Source: Trichosphaerium sp. ATCC 40318 (Eukaryota > Protista > Tubulinea). Taken from it: DNA of 64,000 nucleotides. Below are positions 27,009-39,199 of this stretch, piece by piece. Each line of letters opens with the position of its first letter. The stretch's first letter is position 1. The DNA lies in NCBI GenBank assembly GCA_038496445.1, contig JALMLS010000343.1, forward strand, positions 151,810 to 215,809. Reading direction: 5' to 3'. The notes below the pieces were generated by a model, which saw nothing but the letters and a program-made list of their open reading frames with translations, made no database searches and was not told the origin of the DNA. The translations under genes and the position numbers were made by a program.

Positions 27009-27701
27009 TTAAAAATACAAGTTTGCTTCATTTTTTAGTATGTAGTCTGCCATACCCTGTCCTATCCATCTGTTCTTAACCATCTCGTTTAATAGTGTCT
27101 TTTTAGATGTAGTACTGCTTGCTGAGTGAATGACTTTAAAAGATTCACGTATTTTTGTAGATGAGATATCTGCTAGTTCCTCTTCTACTAAGAACACGCG
27201 TTGTTGCTGTTTTTTTCGCGTTTTACGCGTTTTGGCACTGTTGTTACCAAATTCTTGTTTTAATCTTTCTGTGTCTCCCTTTCGTGCTATCATTACTGAG
27301 TAAAACGCTGAAGAGTTCCTGGCCCTTGATGGGTTGGCACGATCTCCGCCCGTTACGATTACTTTGTTTAATTCACCATGTTCGCTTTTTAACTCATCTG
27401 CGTACTGACTGAGGCATGCTTTTGCACATCCGAAGGTATTTTCGCAAGGCAGTATCCATTCCGCTTCCTCGTTAACCAACAATCGTATTAACGCCAGTCT
27501 ATGCTTTTTGGGCATAGCCAAGGCACCTAGCTTCTTTTTGACGTATCCATTCGGTGCTGCAGCCAAAAACCCGTGCAAAACGCAGCCTTCGCCAAATTCA
27601 ACCTCCAGAGCCTTCTTTGCTGCCTCTAAAGCGCGCAAATGACATAAATGTACGGGATTAAACGCACCTCCAATACACAATATAAATTTGGTCTCAGCCA
27701 T
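27009..27701 (-). CDS. Intronless HIGH-superfamily nucleotidyltransferase, NMN/NaMN adenylyltransferase-like
   Basis: GGAFNPVHLCH (GxFxPxHxxH), HRLALIRL, VTGGD, and C-terminal ISSTKIRE. Confidence 0.82.
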   Translation of the reverse strand: MAETKFILCIGGAFNPVHLCHLRALEAAKKALEVEFGEGCVLHGFLAAAPNGYVKKKLGALAMPKKHRLALIRLLVNEEAEWILPCENTFGCAKACLSQYADELKSEHGELNKVIVTGGDRANPSRARNSSAFYSVMIARKGDTERLKQEFGNNSAKTRKTRKKQQQRVFLVEEELADISSTKIRESFKVIHSASSTTSKKTLLNEMVKNRWIGQGMADYILKNEANLYF

Positions 27702-27790
27702 GCTATACTGCCTTGCTGTAGAGTGTTGCAGCTTGACAGGTTGCCGCTTAACGTATTAAGCTTCGCTTTTTTTATTTAACAACTGCTGCC
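27702..27790. promoter_or_regulatory. Probable compact bidirectional promoter (NMNAT-like / CCX)
   Basis: Divergent start codons about 89 bp apart. Confidence 0.5.
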
Positions 27791-30501
27791 ATGCTACCGT
27801 CACTGGCGGAGTTCATGTTGGGTAATAGCAGCGCGCCAACCTCTGGTTCAAATAGTACTTATGATAAATGCGCGTGGGACTCTGGACCAGCTTATATTGG
27901 TACCCGTAGTGTATAAACGTCATTGACAGTAGTAGATTATCGTTATGTTCATGAATGCATGTTTGATGGCAAATGGGAAGCAACACTGCTGTTATTCGTA
28001 TCCTTACATACTTCATCGCTGTTTTATGAAAACGTCAGTCAAAATTTCATCTACTTTTATCCTGAACGTTTGAGATAATATGGATGGTGTTCTTATTCTA
28101 TGTACTTATCAGTACTACAACAAAGTACGCGATTATTTGGTTTTAAGCGTACTTTAATATTTATTCGCCAATAGGTATTTCTGCCCTGCTCTCTCACGCA
28201 TGTCTGAGCGTCTACGCTTGTCAAACCACATAATCGTAAGTATTTTTTTCTGATTTTTTGGTTGTGAGCCAAGCGACAATCCATCTACGTAGTTTATTAC
28301 TAGAGGAGCTCGCGGATTAAAATCACAAGCAGCGGAAAAATGCGATTTTCCTTCTATGAGGCTTGTCGTTAACTTTTTTTCTCTCTTCTCGTAGGGCGTT
28401 ACGTTTGTTGCTATAGGAAATGGTGCTCCTGATTTATTCACAACGTTCGCAACTGTCAGGTTTAACGAATTCGATATCGCCTTCGGAGGGCTTCTAGGCG
28501 CTGCAGTAAGCAACCATTAACCGCTTTTACAATCCTGTTTTTTTATTTTAGAACCTTCAACGAAAACAGTTTTTTACCTGTTGCTCGCTGGGAACCTTTC
28601 TTGGACTTATGAGGCTAAACCTAGATATTCTCTGTTACCATGCTTGTAGCTGTAACAGTACTTGCTTCTAAAGGGAATGATCCAAGTATCGCCAGGCGTC
28701 CTTTCTTTAGAGACTTGGTTTTCTTTCTTCTTTCACTTGGTGCAGTTGTTTACATTTTTTCAAATAAAAAGGTGCGTTCGTTGGTGCCCTCTACCTTCAA
28801 GTAGGCTTCGTGAGACCTGTGACTTGGATTTATCGGACATATTTTAAAAATATCTTCGCCTGTCTGAGCACGTGTGATAAACCGATTGTGGGTTTGTTTA
28901 ATTCGTTTTTTTTTAGGTTGAAGTTTGGGAAGGAGCCATGTTAGTTTGTTTGTGGGTATTGTATATTATCTTTGTGTTGGTTGCAAGAGTAATATACCAA
29001 ATGCGTCAACGCGCAAGGCGTAAGGAGTTTGGTATACTTGACGGAGAGGACGAAGAACTACTGAACACCGTGTGCGTTATTAATTCTTTTGAAGGCGTTT
29101 TTATCGTTTGAAAAAAAACCTGATGAACTGTCATTAGTGATGCAGGTGCTGCAGGAGATACATTACTGTTCGAAGATATCCTGTATTTTACAAATAAGAG
29201 AGAGTCAAAACAAGGTACCTTTGTGTTCTTGAACCATCGGATTTTTTTCTAATTTTTTGTTGCTTAGATCCGTTCCTTCGCAATTCAGGTACATTGTTTA
29301 TCCATAATGTGCTCTATGTTGTGCTTAATTTGTAAAAATTATAGAGCTTGCGTTTCAGCAAGAGGATGATACAATGTGGTCGCGTTTCAAGAGATATGTC
29401 CAGAGGAATGTATCTAGACTTGGATGGCATTCTAAAACAACACGTGAAAGAGTTATTTTTGTTCTTCAATCACCTCTCACTTTTCTAAGAAGCGTTACAG
29501 TACGTTCACACATTCGTTAATCACGTCACGTCTTAATCGCTTTCAGATACCTCCAGTACAAGAGTCAACATGGAACAAACTTCTAGCAGTGGTTTGCATG
29601 GTTGGAGGTCCTACTTTCCTTCTCTTTGCTACTAAGAGTGAGTTTTTTCTTCAGCATCTTTTTTTCAACTTTTTGTTCTTGGCTTTCTAATGGTTTGTTT
29701 TAAGCGATTGCCTTGGGTTTCACAATAAAGAGTACTGGGGGATTCTTTCCTATAGTATCTATTGCTATTCTATTGGGTATCATATTAGCTATCGTTGTAG
29801 CACAAACAACACAAGAAACGGAGCCACCAAAGTTCTTTGTTGTGCGTTTTTTACCCTTTTCTTTCTGTTCAAAGAATACGCTCTCCTCCTCGGTTTTTTG
29901 TCTCCCTGTGTGTTTAATTTTATGATAGGTTATCGTTATATACGGATTTATAATATCTGCATCGTGGATGTATTTATCTTGTCTCGAGATTGTATACATG
30001 CTTAAAGAAGTATGTGAAATTATGCATTGGTCAAAATCTATCATTGGTCTATTGATACTCGCTTGGGGTAACGCTGCATCAGATCTAGTTGCTAATATTG
30101 TTCTTGCAAGGTACGTTAACGTATATATAATGATCACGTGTCAGTGGTAGTGAATGTAGACGACTAAACAAGTTTTCATTAGGAGAGGATTTGGATCTAT
30201 CGCTATCGCTGCTTCCTATGCTGCGCCTACATTTAATATCTTGCTTGGACTTGGTCTTGGGTTCTCTTTTAGAGCTGTTACAGATAGAGGAAGTATACCT
30301 GTTACTATTGATAATAACACATTGGTTGCTTTGGTGTTTTTAGGCGTTATTGTACTTCTTACACTTATTATTGTTCCTTTGTCAAAGTGGAAGATTAGGT
30401 TACCTTTTGCTTTAAGTATTGTCATAATCTATATCGTTTTTATGATTGTTTGTGTACTTACTGAGCTTGATGTTATATTCAAAAAGCCCATATGGACATA
30501 G
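27791..30501 (+). CDS. Cation/Ca2+ exchanger, CCX/NCLX (SLC8B1-like) family (multi-exon)
   Basis: Alpha-1 repeat GVTFVAIGNGAPDLF, PFLRDL, alpha-2 repeat GLLILAWGNAASDLVAN, ASYAAPTFNILLGLG, and many TM helices. Confidence 0.9.
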
Positions 30502-30800
30502 AGATAAGGTAGTACTTACTTTTAATAAACATTTGTACATAGCAATAAAAAATTAAATTTCAAAAAAAATGACTTAAGGAGTTTTTTGTATTGCTTTTGA
30601 CACGTGATCTTTTTGTGAAAAATTATCTATACACTTTTGCATAGTGCTTCTTACGTATTATACACTCCGAACAGATTTAATTAAAAAGATAGCGAGAAGG
30701 TACAGGAAAGTTGTTTTGTTTTATTTTTTTGAAAACGGCTACTATTTTTTGTTTGCTTCTCTCTCGTGTGGAAGTCAAAATAATACATTTATACAAGACT

Positions 30801-31562
30801 TTAAGCATCGTACTGGGGACCTTGATATGTCCACCAAAAGTATGGACCACCAAATGTTTGTGTCCAGTAATGATTAAACTTCTTCTGTCCGTCGTCGTTT
30901 TGAGAATAATAATACCCAATCCCAACGTCATAAAAGTAAGGACTAAGCATGTTCCTTAGATGTCCGCGGCTACCTAAAAGCCTTGTAACAGCAGTAATAG
31001 GATCAGATATACCTACAGCAATATTCTCTCCAGTATGATGGTACTTTACAGTGTACCCTGCGTTATCTATTCTCTTACGAGAAGCAACACCATCAGGTGT
31101 CAAATGTGATACATAATCTCTTGTTACCATATCTACTGAATGTAGTAAAGCAGCTATAACGAGTTCTCTGTTTAAATAAAAAGGTCTCAGCTTACGCTTT
31201 TTCCTTTCTATATTTATAGCGTTTAAGTGTAATACAGTCATGTTGCAATGATCACGTTTAGAAGACTCAACATGAGACAAAGCGTCATTTGTTTTTTCTT
31301 CTTGTTGTTCGGCATATGGTTTAATAACTCCTTTCTCCCATGCTTTATGTGCTTGTAGGTCATCACCAAATAGTCCGTTTCTTCGATAACCTTTATCGCT
31401 GTCTATATCATGCTTAATACCGTCGTATAGGTTTCGGTAGTACGTCAGCGTGTTGTTGACAATGTCTACTGCTTCTTCGCATATGTCTAGGGCTGTTTTT
31501 GCTTTAACTGTAACGATTATACAAACGAGTATTGTTGTTGTTAAAAAATAACCCAGACGCAT
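30801..31562 (-). CDS. Intronless secreted CAP/SCP-domain protein (bacterial YkwD-type motif set)
   Basis: Signal peptide, INIERKKRKLRP, AALLHSVDM..RDYVSH, GENIAVG, SRGHLRNML, VGIG, YWTQTFG. Confidence 0.88.
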   Translation of the reverse strand: MRLGYFLTTTILVCIIVTVKAKTALDICEEAVDIVNNTLTYYRNLYDGIKHDIDSDKGYRRNGLFGDDLQAHKAWEKGVIKPYAEQQEEKTNDALSHVESSKRDHCNMTVLHLNAINIERKKRKLRPFYLNRELVIAALLHSVDMVTRDYVSHLTPDGVASRKRIDNAGYTVKYHHTGENIAVGISDPITAVTRLLGSRGHLRNMLSPYFYDVGIGYYYSQNDDGQKKFNHYWTQTFGGPYFWWTYQGPQYDA

Positions 31563-32212
31563 GTCTGTGGAGATGTAAAGCTAAATAAGGTCAGTTGTGA
31601 AACGTTACTAATTTAAGCCATTTTTAGAATAATTGCCTTATTGGAATGAGAAACTGCGATTTTTCGGGCATTTTATGACTATCTATTCAATAGGAATACG
31701 TGAGTCGCCTTCGGTCTTAAAAAATAATTTGAAGCAAAAGGCGTCAAGTTAAGAACCTGGACAAAACAAGGTTTACGGATACTCGTAATAATCTGGAACG
31801 ATCGTGGAGGATTAACACGGTTGTGTTGCATTAGCACCAACAAGAATCAAGCTTGGTCTTCTGCTTGTACGTTCTAGGAGATGTGGATTGTAGATTCAAT
31901 GGATGCAAATAAATGATGGTTCAACATTTTTATGGTATTCTTTTCGTACGCACTTGCTTTCGTATATTAAACGTTAACCAAGAGGTACCGTAGCTCTAAG
32001 TAGGTATAGAATTCAATGAGTCTAATGGTAGTGAGATAGGGAACAGTCCAACATCATCTCACATATGATATGTGCGGTGATACATTATTTTGCTTACACG
32101 TGTACTTTGTATCCGGTGATATAATCCAAAAGTTGCAAGAATACTTCTTTTGCACCTTCAAATCACCACTGTGAGCAACTACACTCACACTATTATCCAC
32201 TGTTGTTAAGGC

Positions 32213-33775
32213 ATGTGTTTAAGTGTTTGCATAAGGTTACACGCCCTACGACCATCAAACATGTCTGCATCACCTGTAAAACAAATATGCATTACGCCAG
32301 GGGCTACTATCACTTCATCACAGTACTTTAGACAACTTCCACCGGAGCTATTTGAGATGATTGTATTCAGACCACCATCGGACCCCATTTTAACCCCTAT
32401 AGCGATTAAACGCACTTGTAAGTATTTCTACAACCAGATATCTGCTTCAAGCCCTCAGTGCTTGATAGCCGCTCACAGAGAGCATTTCCCTTTCTATACC
32501 ACCGATTTTCCATGTTTCAAAGGCCAAGACTTTACTTCATACTATTGGCAGTACCTGCCGTTATTGTTAGGCTACGTACGCCCTAATTTACGAGAACAAG
32601 TGCTTGATTACGTCACAGTATCAACTATTGCTCACGATATTGGTCAAGACTACAAAACAGAAGTAAAATTCTCTGTAGAGGCAGTACTCATACTACTTCA
32701 TGCTTGTCAGCGAGTATGTTCTGGCACCATAGATCACGTGATAAATACGGATAAGTTAGTTGGGTATTTTGATCCGGAGTTCACAGAGACTGTTGAGGAG
32801 GGCGAATATCAGTGTTCAGATAATGATGAAGTTTACCCTGAGGAGTTCGAATATCCTGACGCCTATCCCAAACATACAGGTGGTATCATATGTGATACTA
32901 TTTGTATTCATGATATTTGGGACGAATATATGACTATTGAACAGGTTAAAGCATGGCACAAGCATCTTGGCAATAATGATATTTTTCACAAAAGGGATGC
33001 TTTCGGCAGAACATTGTTGATGCGTTATATTAGATCTTTCATTGACTTCGATGGCAACTCTATTTTCGATGATCCTGTTTATCAGTACATTGTTAAACAT
33101 AGCAATACTAGTGCACGTGATTTATCAGGGAAGACAGCGCTCATGTACCTTGGTAATGTCATTGATGATTTTGATATACAAAGAATAGACAATGACTACA
33201 ACTTGATAAAAAGAGATAACAAGGGATGGACTTGTTTATATCATCAACCGAAATGGATAAATGAAGAAAACTTGGATTATATCTTTTATGATATGCTTGG
33301 AGAGACTGAACTTTTTTGGCTTTTGCTTAGGTTACGTATGTTTGATAAAGTTGAGTTACTATGTATACATGCTCCCAACTTTCAGGAGATGGAGATTCAT
33401 AAACCTTTTGGTCCACATAACAAAACTGTTGCTTTTGTTCTTGTAGAAATGGCCCAAGAAGTAGTTAGCAAGGTCTTGCCAACTGCCAACATGTATCCTC
33501 GCTATTCAGCTGCTTATGATCTAGTTAGAAGAAGAGAGAGATTCCCTGTGTCTTTTGTTGATAGAATATGTTGTGATCACAAAGGATACAATCCAAACCA
33601 CCAAGATGATGAAGGAAATACAGCATGTATGCTTGCTTATAAATATGGAAACCATGAAATTGTAAGGTCCTTGATAGTAAACAAACAGACAGATTGGAAT
33701 TTAAAGAACAAACAGGGAGAAAGTTTAAGAGATATACAAGAAGCTGCGTATAAGAAATTGAGAGAAGAACAGTAA
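32213..33775 (+). CDS. Intronless F-box-like plus ankyrin-repeat protein
   Basis: LPPELFEMIV...IKRTCKYFYNQI is F-box-like. Ankyrin-like units: RDAFGRTLLM, RDLSGKTALMY, RDNKGWTCLY, QDDEGNTACMLAYKYGNHEIVRSLI, KNKQGES. The true start may be 32261. Confidence 0.8.
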   Translation: MCLSVCIRLHALRPSNMSASPVKQICITPGATITSSQYFRQLPPELFEMIVFRPPSDPILTPIAIKRTCKYFYNQISASSPQCLIAAHREHFPFYTTDFPCFKGQDFTSYYWQYLPLLLGYVRPNLREQVLDYVTVSTIAHDIGQDYKTEVKFSVEAVLILLHACQRVCSGTIDHVINTDKLVGYFDPEFTETVEEGEYQCSDNDEVYPEEFEYPDAYPKHTGGIICDTICIHDIWDEYMTIEQVKAWHKHLGNNDIFHKRDAFGRTLLMRYIRSFIDFDGNSIFDDPVYQYIVKHSNTSARDLSGKTALMYLGNVIDDFDIQRIDNDYNLIKRDNKGWTCLYHQPKWINEENLDYIFYDMLGETELFWLLLRLRMFDKVELLCIHAPNFQEMEIHKPFGPHNKTVAFVLVEMAQEVVSKVLPTANMYPRYSAAYDLVRRRERFPVSFVDRICCDHKGYNPNHQDDEGNTACMLAYKYGNHEIVRSLIVNKQTDWNLKNKQGESLRDIQEAAYKKLREEQ

Positions 33776-34237
33776 TATGCACAACACTAGCAACTATGAT
33801 AATGTTAAGGAAATGTTAACAAAGACACAGCCATGTACTGTATTATATATTTTTAAACCAACAATGTGTTGTTAAATGTTCTACATCTCATGTGCCACAA
33901 GTTTAAGGGTGTGCACTCAGCAACGATTTGCCTCACAATAGGGAAATACAACGCATTGCAATGGTCAATGTTATTATGCTAAGCAAGAAGGTAGTATAAA
34001 TAATGGCGTTGTAGCGGACATGTGTTAAGAATATTCTCATGTCACTTGTAAACAAAAAGTGAATATTGGTCACGGAGTTCAGCCGACAGATGGATATAAA
34101 TCGGTGATCAAGTCTTAGAGTTTCTACAAGTTCGGAAAATATGCTGTTCTATGATTTTCGCAAAATGTTTGTCTGGAAAACGTGTTGTCATCTGTAACTT
34201 ACGGTTCTTAAACCAACAGTAAACTAGTCGCAACAAC

Positions 34238-35063
34238 ATGAGCACCTCTTCATTTCACCTATCAATTATATACGCACTTGTAATATTTGCGTTGATATCT
34301 CTTTCACTTGGAGCTATAAGTACGTTGTTAACAGTGGTCAGTAAGCACTAAAGCTACTGTTGTTAACCTTTTTGAATTGTGTTAATCTTACAGCACTCAA
34401 GGCGAGGGTGATAGTGGACTATGCTCTTTGGCTATTGGTCTTCCCCCACACCGTAGCTACTTTGACCCGGATTTTGGAGTGACGACTGCACCAAACTTTC
34501 CACACTTTATTGTTGATAATGACGTTAGAGAATACAGCGCTGACTCTAACCCTGATGCCCCTAACAGTCGGCTTATGATAATTGACTTCACAGATAATAT
34601 AGTAGAGTATAGAGTCGTTCTAGGAGAAGGTGTAAACATCCAAATATTGGAATGTAGCTTCGAAACTGCCACTTTTGATGGTACACAGCATATTTCTAAC
34701 AATAGACACCCCTAATTATATACACTATGGTAACCTTGTTTAACAGGTTTTACTATCCTTGAAAACTCACTTAATGTGGAGGTAACAAACACAATGAATT
34801 CATTCAGGTTTGTATTCCTTAATTTTTTGATAATGCTACACGTGTCATAGTTCACGAATTGATAGTTTTATTGTAGCGCAACCTTTCCTAGTCAAAGTGC
34901 TTTTAATCCAAACATTGTACTCAGAATTCTATTTGACGACTTACCACCGCCATCGACCGCTGCGCCTACAACACCACCACCAACAACGTCTTCACCAACT
35001 GCACCACCTGTATACGCAAATGGCAGAAAGCCTTGTATTCGGAGGCTATCTCAAATAAATTAA
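34238..35063 (+). CDS. Secreted protein of unknown function with Pro/Thr-rich tail (multi-exon)
   Basis: Signal peptide MSTSSFHLSIIYALVIFALISLSLG, three GT-AG introns, ends in PPPSTAAPTTPPPTTSSPTAPP. The 3' end is uncertain. Confidence 0.6.
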
Positions 35064-35365
35064 CTATCCATTCTTCACCTTATAGACCTTTAAATAGAAA
35101 CCAATGGTTCCTAGCCTTCCCTCTACACTACGGGTGGTAAACGTCACTTCTAACCAGACAATCGTAGCTATCCTAAATAGCACAACACTTTGAAACTCAA
35201 TCACAACACGAAGCACCAGGTTGATTGATCTTGATTTTAATCACAAAAACTATTTCCTAAGTTCGTAGTTACGGAGGCACCAGATCGGATAAAAAAGTAT
35301 ATCTCCGAGATAGAAGCTAATAAGCTTACAGTATACATCTAAAGCTGTTTAAGAGCATTTTATTC

Positions 35366-36636
35366 TTATATTTCAGCTATTAAATACAGTATCATTCTAC
35401 CCGACACCCTATGTTTCTTCCCTTTTGAGTCAGTATCACACAACCTTGTAGTGATCTGAAGAGAATCGCTGTGAGTCTTAAAAGCACCTAGAATAGCCAA
35501 AGCACGTGCTTCAATATGAACACTACCCATAAAATCATCTGAACCGATTTTGTCTTTATCAAATATTTGTATCACTAATTTATCCTTTCCACTAACATTA
35601 AACTCAACAGAACTTAACTCTTGTTCCTTCCACATAGGACTTGTCTCTTTTTTTTGAACACTAGACTTAAACAGAATCTCATTTTCCTTTAAAACTAGCA
35701 AGTATGGATCGCTTGTACCACCTATGTCCTTAGCAGCTAAATCATAGCAACAAATTCTTTCCATTTTGATCTTCATAACTGTATCACGAAGACTCTCATA
35801 TTCCTCTTTTGATTCGTCCGATAAACAACTACCATCAATCTAAAGAAGTCAAGTTAGCACTGAGAAAGACATAAACTGAAGTCGTTTACCTTGAAAGGAC
35901 AAAGAAACTCTTTGTTTGCAACGAGATCAAGAGACCTCTCACACTCGCTTACTAATTGGAGGTCTTGAAGCTTCTTGGAGCGTATCTCATCTGCAGTGAG
36001 TACTTTAAGCTTTTGCTTGTTCCCTGCAGCTCTCAAGATGTTAACAATAGTTGAATCAAGAGTTTTATCTATGTTCAGAGCTTGGAGAGGTTCAGATTCA
36101 GCAAGAAACTCGTCCATCCCATCAAACAACTTTTTTACATCATAAGATGAATACATACGCAAGAAATTCTTAGCTGCTTTGCTAATACCATGAACACTGG
36201 CGTAGATGACCACAGCTTCAAGAACGTAGAAAAAAGATGTAATGATGTCCGTTGACTTTTCTCTTTTTTCGGGGTTCTTATAAACTGGCTTGTTTCCTGA
36301 CTTGAAGCCCATTTTGCGGTTGTTGGATACACCGGTTTTGTGGTACTCCACTTTTACAGTTTTAACAGTGCCAACACGCTCCTTTTCTGTTTGTTGTAGT
36401 ATAAAACCGCGTAATAACGCGTTTAAAAGCCTAAACGCTATGTCTGGTTTCTTATTGAGGAATTCATACGCCGCTGCTATGTTATCGGCAGTTAAATACG
36501 TATTTCTGGTTTTGACGCTCTCTAGACCAGTGCCAGCTTCTTCTAGCCATTGATCCACCTTTATTTTGAAGAAGTTGCTCTGCACATGCAAGCTAGAGAG
36601 CCCTCGTTCCTTAATCCATGCTTTATCCGTTGCCAT
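35366..36636 (-). CDS. C2-domain protein with unassigned helical N-terminal region (2 exons)
   Basis: DLAAKDIGGTSDPY, KKETSPMW and IFDKDKIGSDDFMG form a Ca-binding-type C2 domain. It joins ORF 35854-36636 through an intron at about 35841-35889. Confidence 0.85.
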
Positions 36637-37297
36637 TGCTTTTCATGAGATAGTACATATTTTAAGTCCCGTGCCATTGTGGGAAAATTCGATAATTTGA
36701 AGACAAGTTTGTTGTTTTGTTTCGTACTTTCGGTAGTTTTGCACCCGCATATAATCTACCGACTAAAACTCCACAGTCCTCATTTTTATATGCTTTAAGA
36801 TTCCACAAGTTCTAACATTAATGTACACTATTCAGAAAACTTAAAAGAACAGTTATTGCATTGATGGTTTGTAGCTCGTATGTCGACAATTGAGTCACGA
36901 ATTGTGCAACTAGCGAACCAACACAAAAAAGTTGCAATAATGTGCGCATAGTATCATGTACGCACAGCGACCCAAGTAAAATACTCAACTATACCATATC
37001 TTGAATCTACATTTAAGAGGTTATTATATGAGAACTTCCAAGGTAAGGAGGAAACAACCAAATATAATATGGAACTTCTAAAACAGGAACGGAAATTCCG
37101 TTTTTCGAATAGTTAAATTAAACACAACTTTGTGAACGTGTACTGTGAGTAAAAGATGAAGGTATAACTATAAAAAAGAACAGAACATTTTAATTTTAAC
37201 TGGAATTTACTGGCCGATAAGTAGTCCGAAAACTGCGGGCTTGTTTTTTAAGTCAAAAATTAATCAATTCTAAAATCAACAACCACAGACACAACTA

Positions 37298-38115
37298 ATG
37301 ATGTCTATAGCTTCACGCACTCTAATATTGCTCATTGTAGTACTAGCCATTACCTACGTAAGTATCTCGTAACTAGAAGTAATCTATCGTACTCTGCGCC
37401 CTAGCTCATGCTTCTCTAGTGTTTCGCTGAGGAACAACACCGTAGACAACGCAAGCAAGGCGGAAGGTATCATAGACGCAATCGCGATTCTATGGAAGAT
37501 GGTAGTGAACGAAGAGAACGTCATATGCGTAACCGTGGAGATGAAGATAAAAACGGTGACCGTACAGAACGTCCAATGCGTGGCCGTCAGGGTAGGAAAA
37601 TATATGACGAAGAAGAGGAAGATGAAGCTGAATACTTAACGAGCGACATGAGCGACATGAGCGATGTGGATGAAGACGAGGATGACCGTGAAGAGAATCC
37701 AATGGGCAATCGTAGAGGTAACCGTGGTAGACGTAACAGAAACGGTGGTCGTAGAAGACGCCCTATGGGTGAACGCAACAATGAAGACGATGAAGAAGAA
37801 CGCCCAATGGGTCGTAGAAGCCGTGGCAGACGTAACAGGAAAACCAAACAAGACAGAGAACAAGGCCGTAGAGGCGAGAACAACGGAGAAGAACGTTATA
37901 GGGGCGGTCGTAGAGGCAATGGTAACAGTGAACGCAAAGAGCGTCCTATGGGTGGCCGCAAGAACAGGCGTCAACGCATGCAATCTATGAACGAACGGCT
38001 TCCAGAGTCATGCTCAGGTTGCAAAGAAGAAGCTGAAGAGTGTTTAGACTCTAATCTCCGTGGGTGTTTCAGAGCTTTTCGTAGATGTGTCAGAGAGTGT
38101 TCACAAACTGAATAA
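37298..38115 (+). CDS. Secreted Arg/Gly/acidic low-complexity protein with RPMG repeats and Cys-rich C-terminus (2 exons)
   Basis: Signal peptide MMSIASRTLILLIVVLAITY|VFA. Repeated (R/N)PM(G/R) units among basic clusters. C-terminal CSGC-x6-C-x7-C-x6-C-x3-C. Confidence 0.75.
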
Positions 38116-38409
38116 CAAGCTGTTCCTCCTTAAATAAACTATACTTTATATCTTTAACAGTGCTTCTATTTCATGGTCCTCTATCACTTCAAGCTTTTCA
38201 GTAGAGTGTACAACCTACACCTGTAGTTCCGTACTTATAAAATTGTTGTAAAAAAATCCTACCCTCACATGGAATGAACGAAACAAAAGAAATTTATGAG
38301 TTGATTGTTGTTAGTTACATGAGTTTTAGCAGAATCCTGAATTACCAAATACATTCAGAGCGGAGTTCAATCATCTTTGATGTACTGACAAGAGTTAATA
38401 CAATAAATT

Positions 38410-39066
38410 CTACATGACAACACATCTGCGATTGTTGCCTGTTGTTTGTTTTTTTGGTACTATCTTTGCAATACACTCAAAAGCTTCCGTCAGATTATCA
38501 CGTGTTTTAGCAGATATCTCAAAGAAAGGGCAATCCATCTTGGAAGCCAAATTTGATATGTCTTCACCTGAAACTTGACGATTTTCTTCAATATCAAGCT
38601 TATTTCCAACAAGTACAACAGGTATATGTGAGCAGTCTGATAACCTTAAACATGCGTTACAAATAAGAGACAAAAAAACATTTCATTTCAATCAAGGCAT
38701 CGTACTCTAAGGCTTCATTGTACAGAGAAGAGATTTTATCGAAAGTTTTTTTATCAGTCAGTGAAAATGTTAAAAATAACCCATCAACGTTTTTAAAGCA
38801 CTAAAAATCGGTTATAAGGGCAAAAGAAATAAGTCTAGTATATAATTAGTTCGTACATGCTCGTATACAGCTTGAAAGGTGGATTTGCTTAGTTCAATTA
38901 GATCTAAAATGATCGTTTCACCATCCACATTTACTACGTAGCGATAGGCGTCTTCAATTCCAGGGTCGTATGTTTGCGGGAATACGTTTTGAGTCAATTG
39001 AGTTAGAATAGCCGATTTGCCGACACTAGGTTCGCCCAGTACGATAATTCGAACCACCGAAGACAT
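38410..39066 (-). CDS. Atypical Ras-family small GTPase (3 exons)
   Basis: GEPSVGKS, YDPGIEDAY, VGNKLD, EISAK and CAAX CVVM. G3 DTAGQ is replaced by ELSKS. Confidence 0.85.
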
Positions 39067-39199
39067 AGAGACCAAGAGGAATCAATACAAACTGAAAAAT
39101 TTTGACTTCAAGCCTGTAGGGTTCTCCATTTTACTTTACGAATACGTTTTCAAAGTAGATTAGAAAAACTATTTCCCAAGTATTTACTAAACAGATAAG

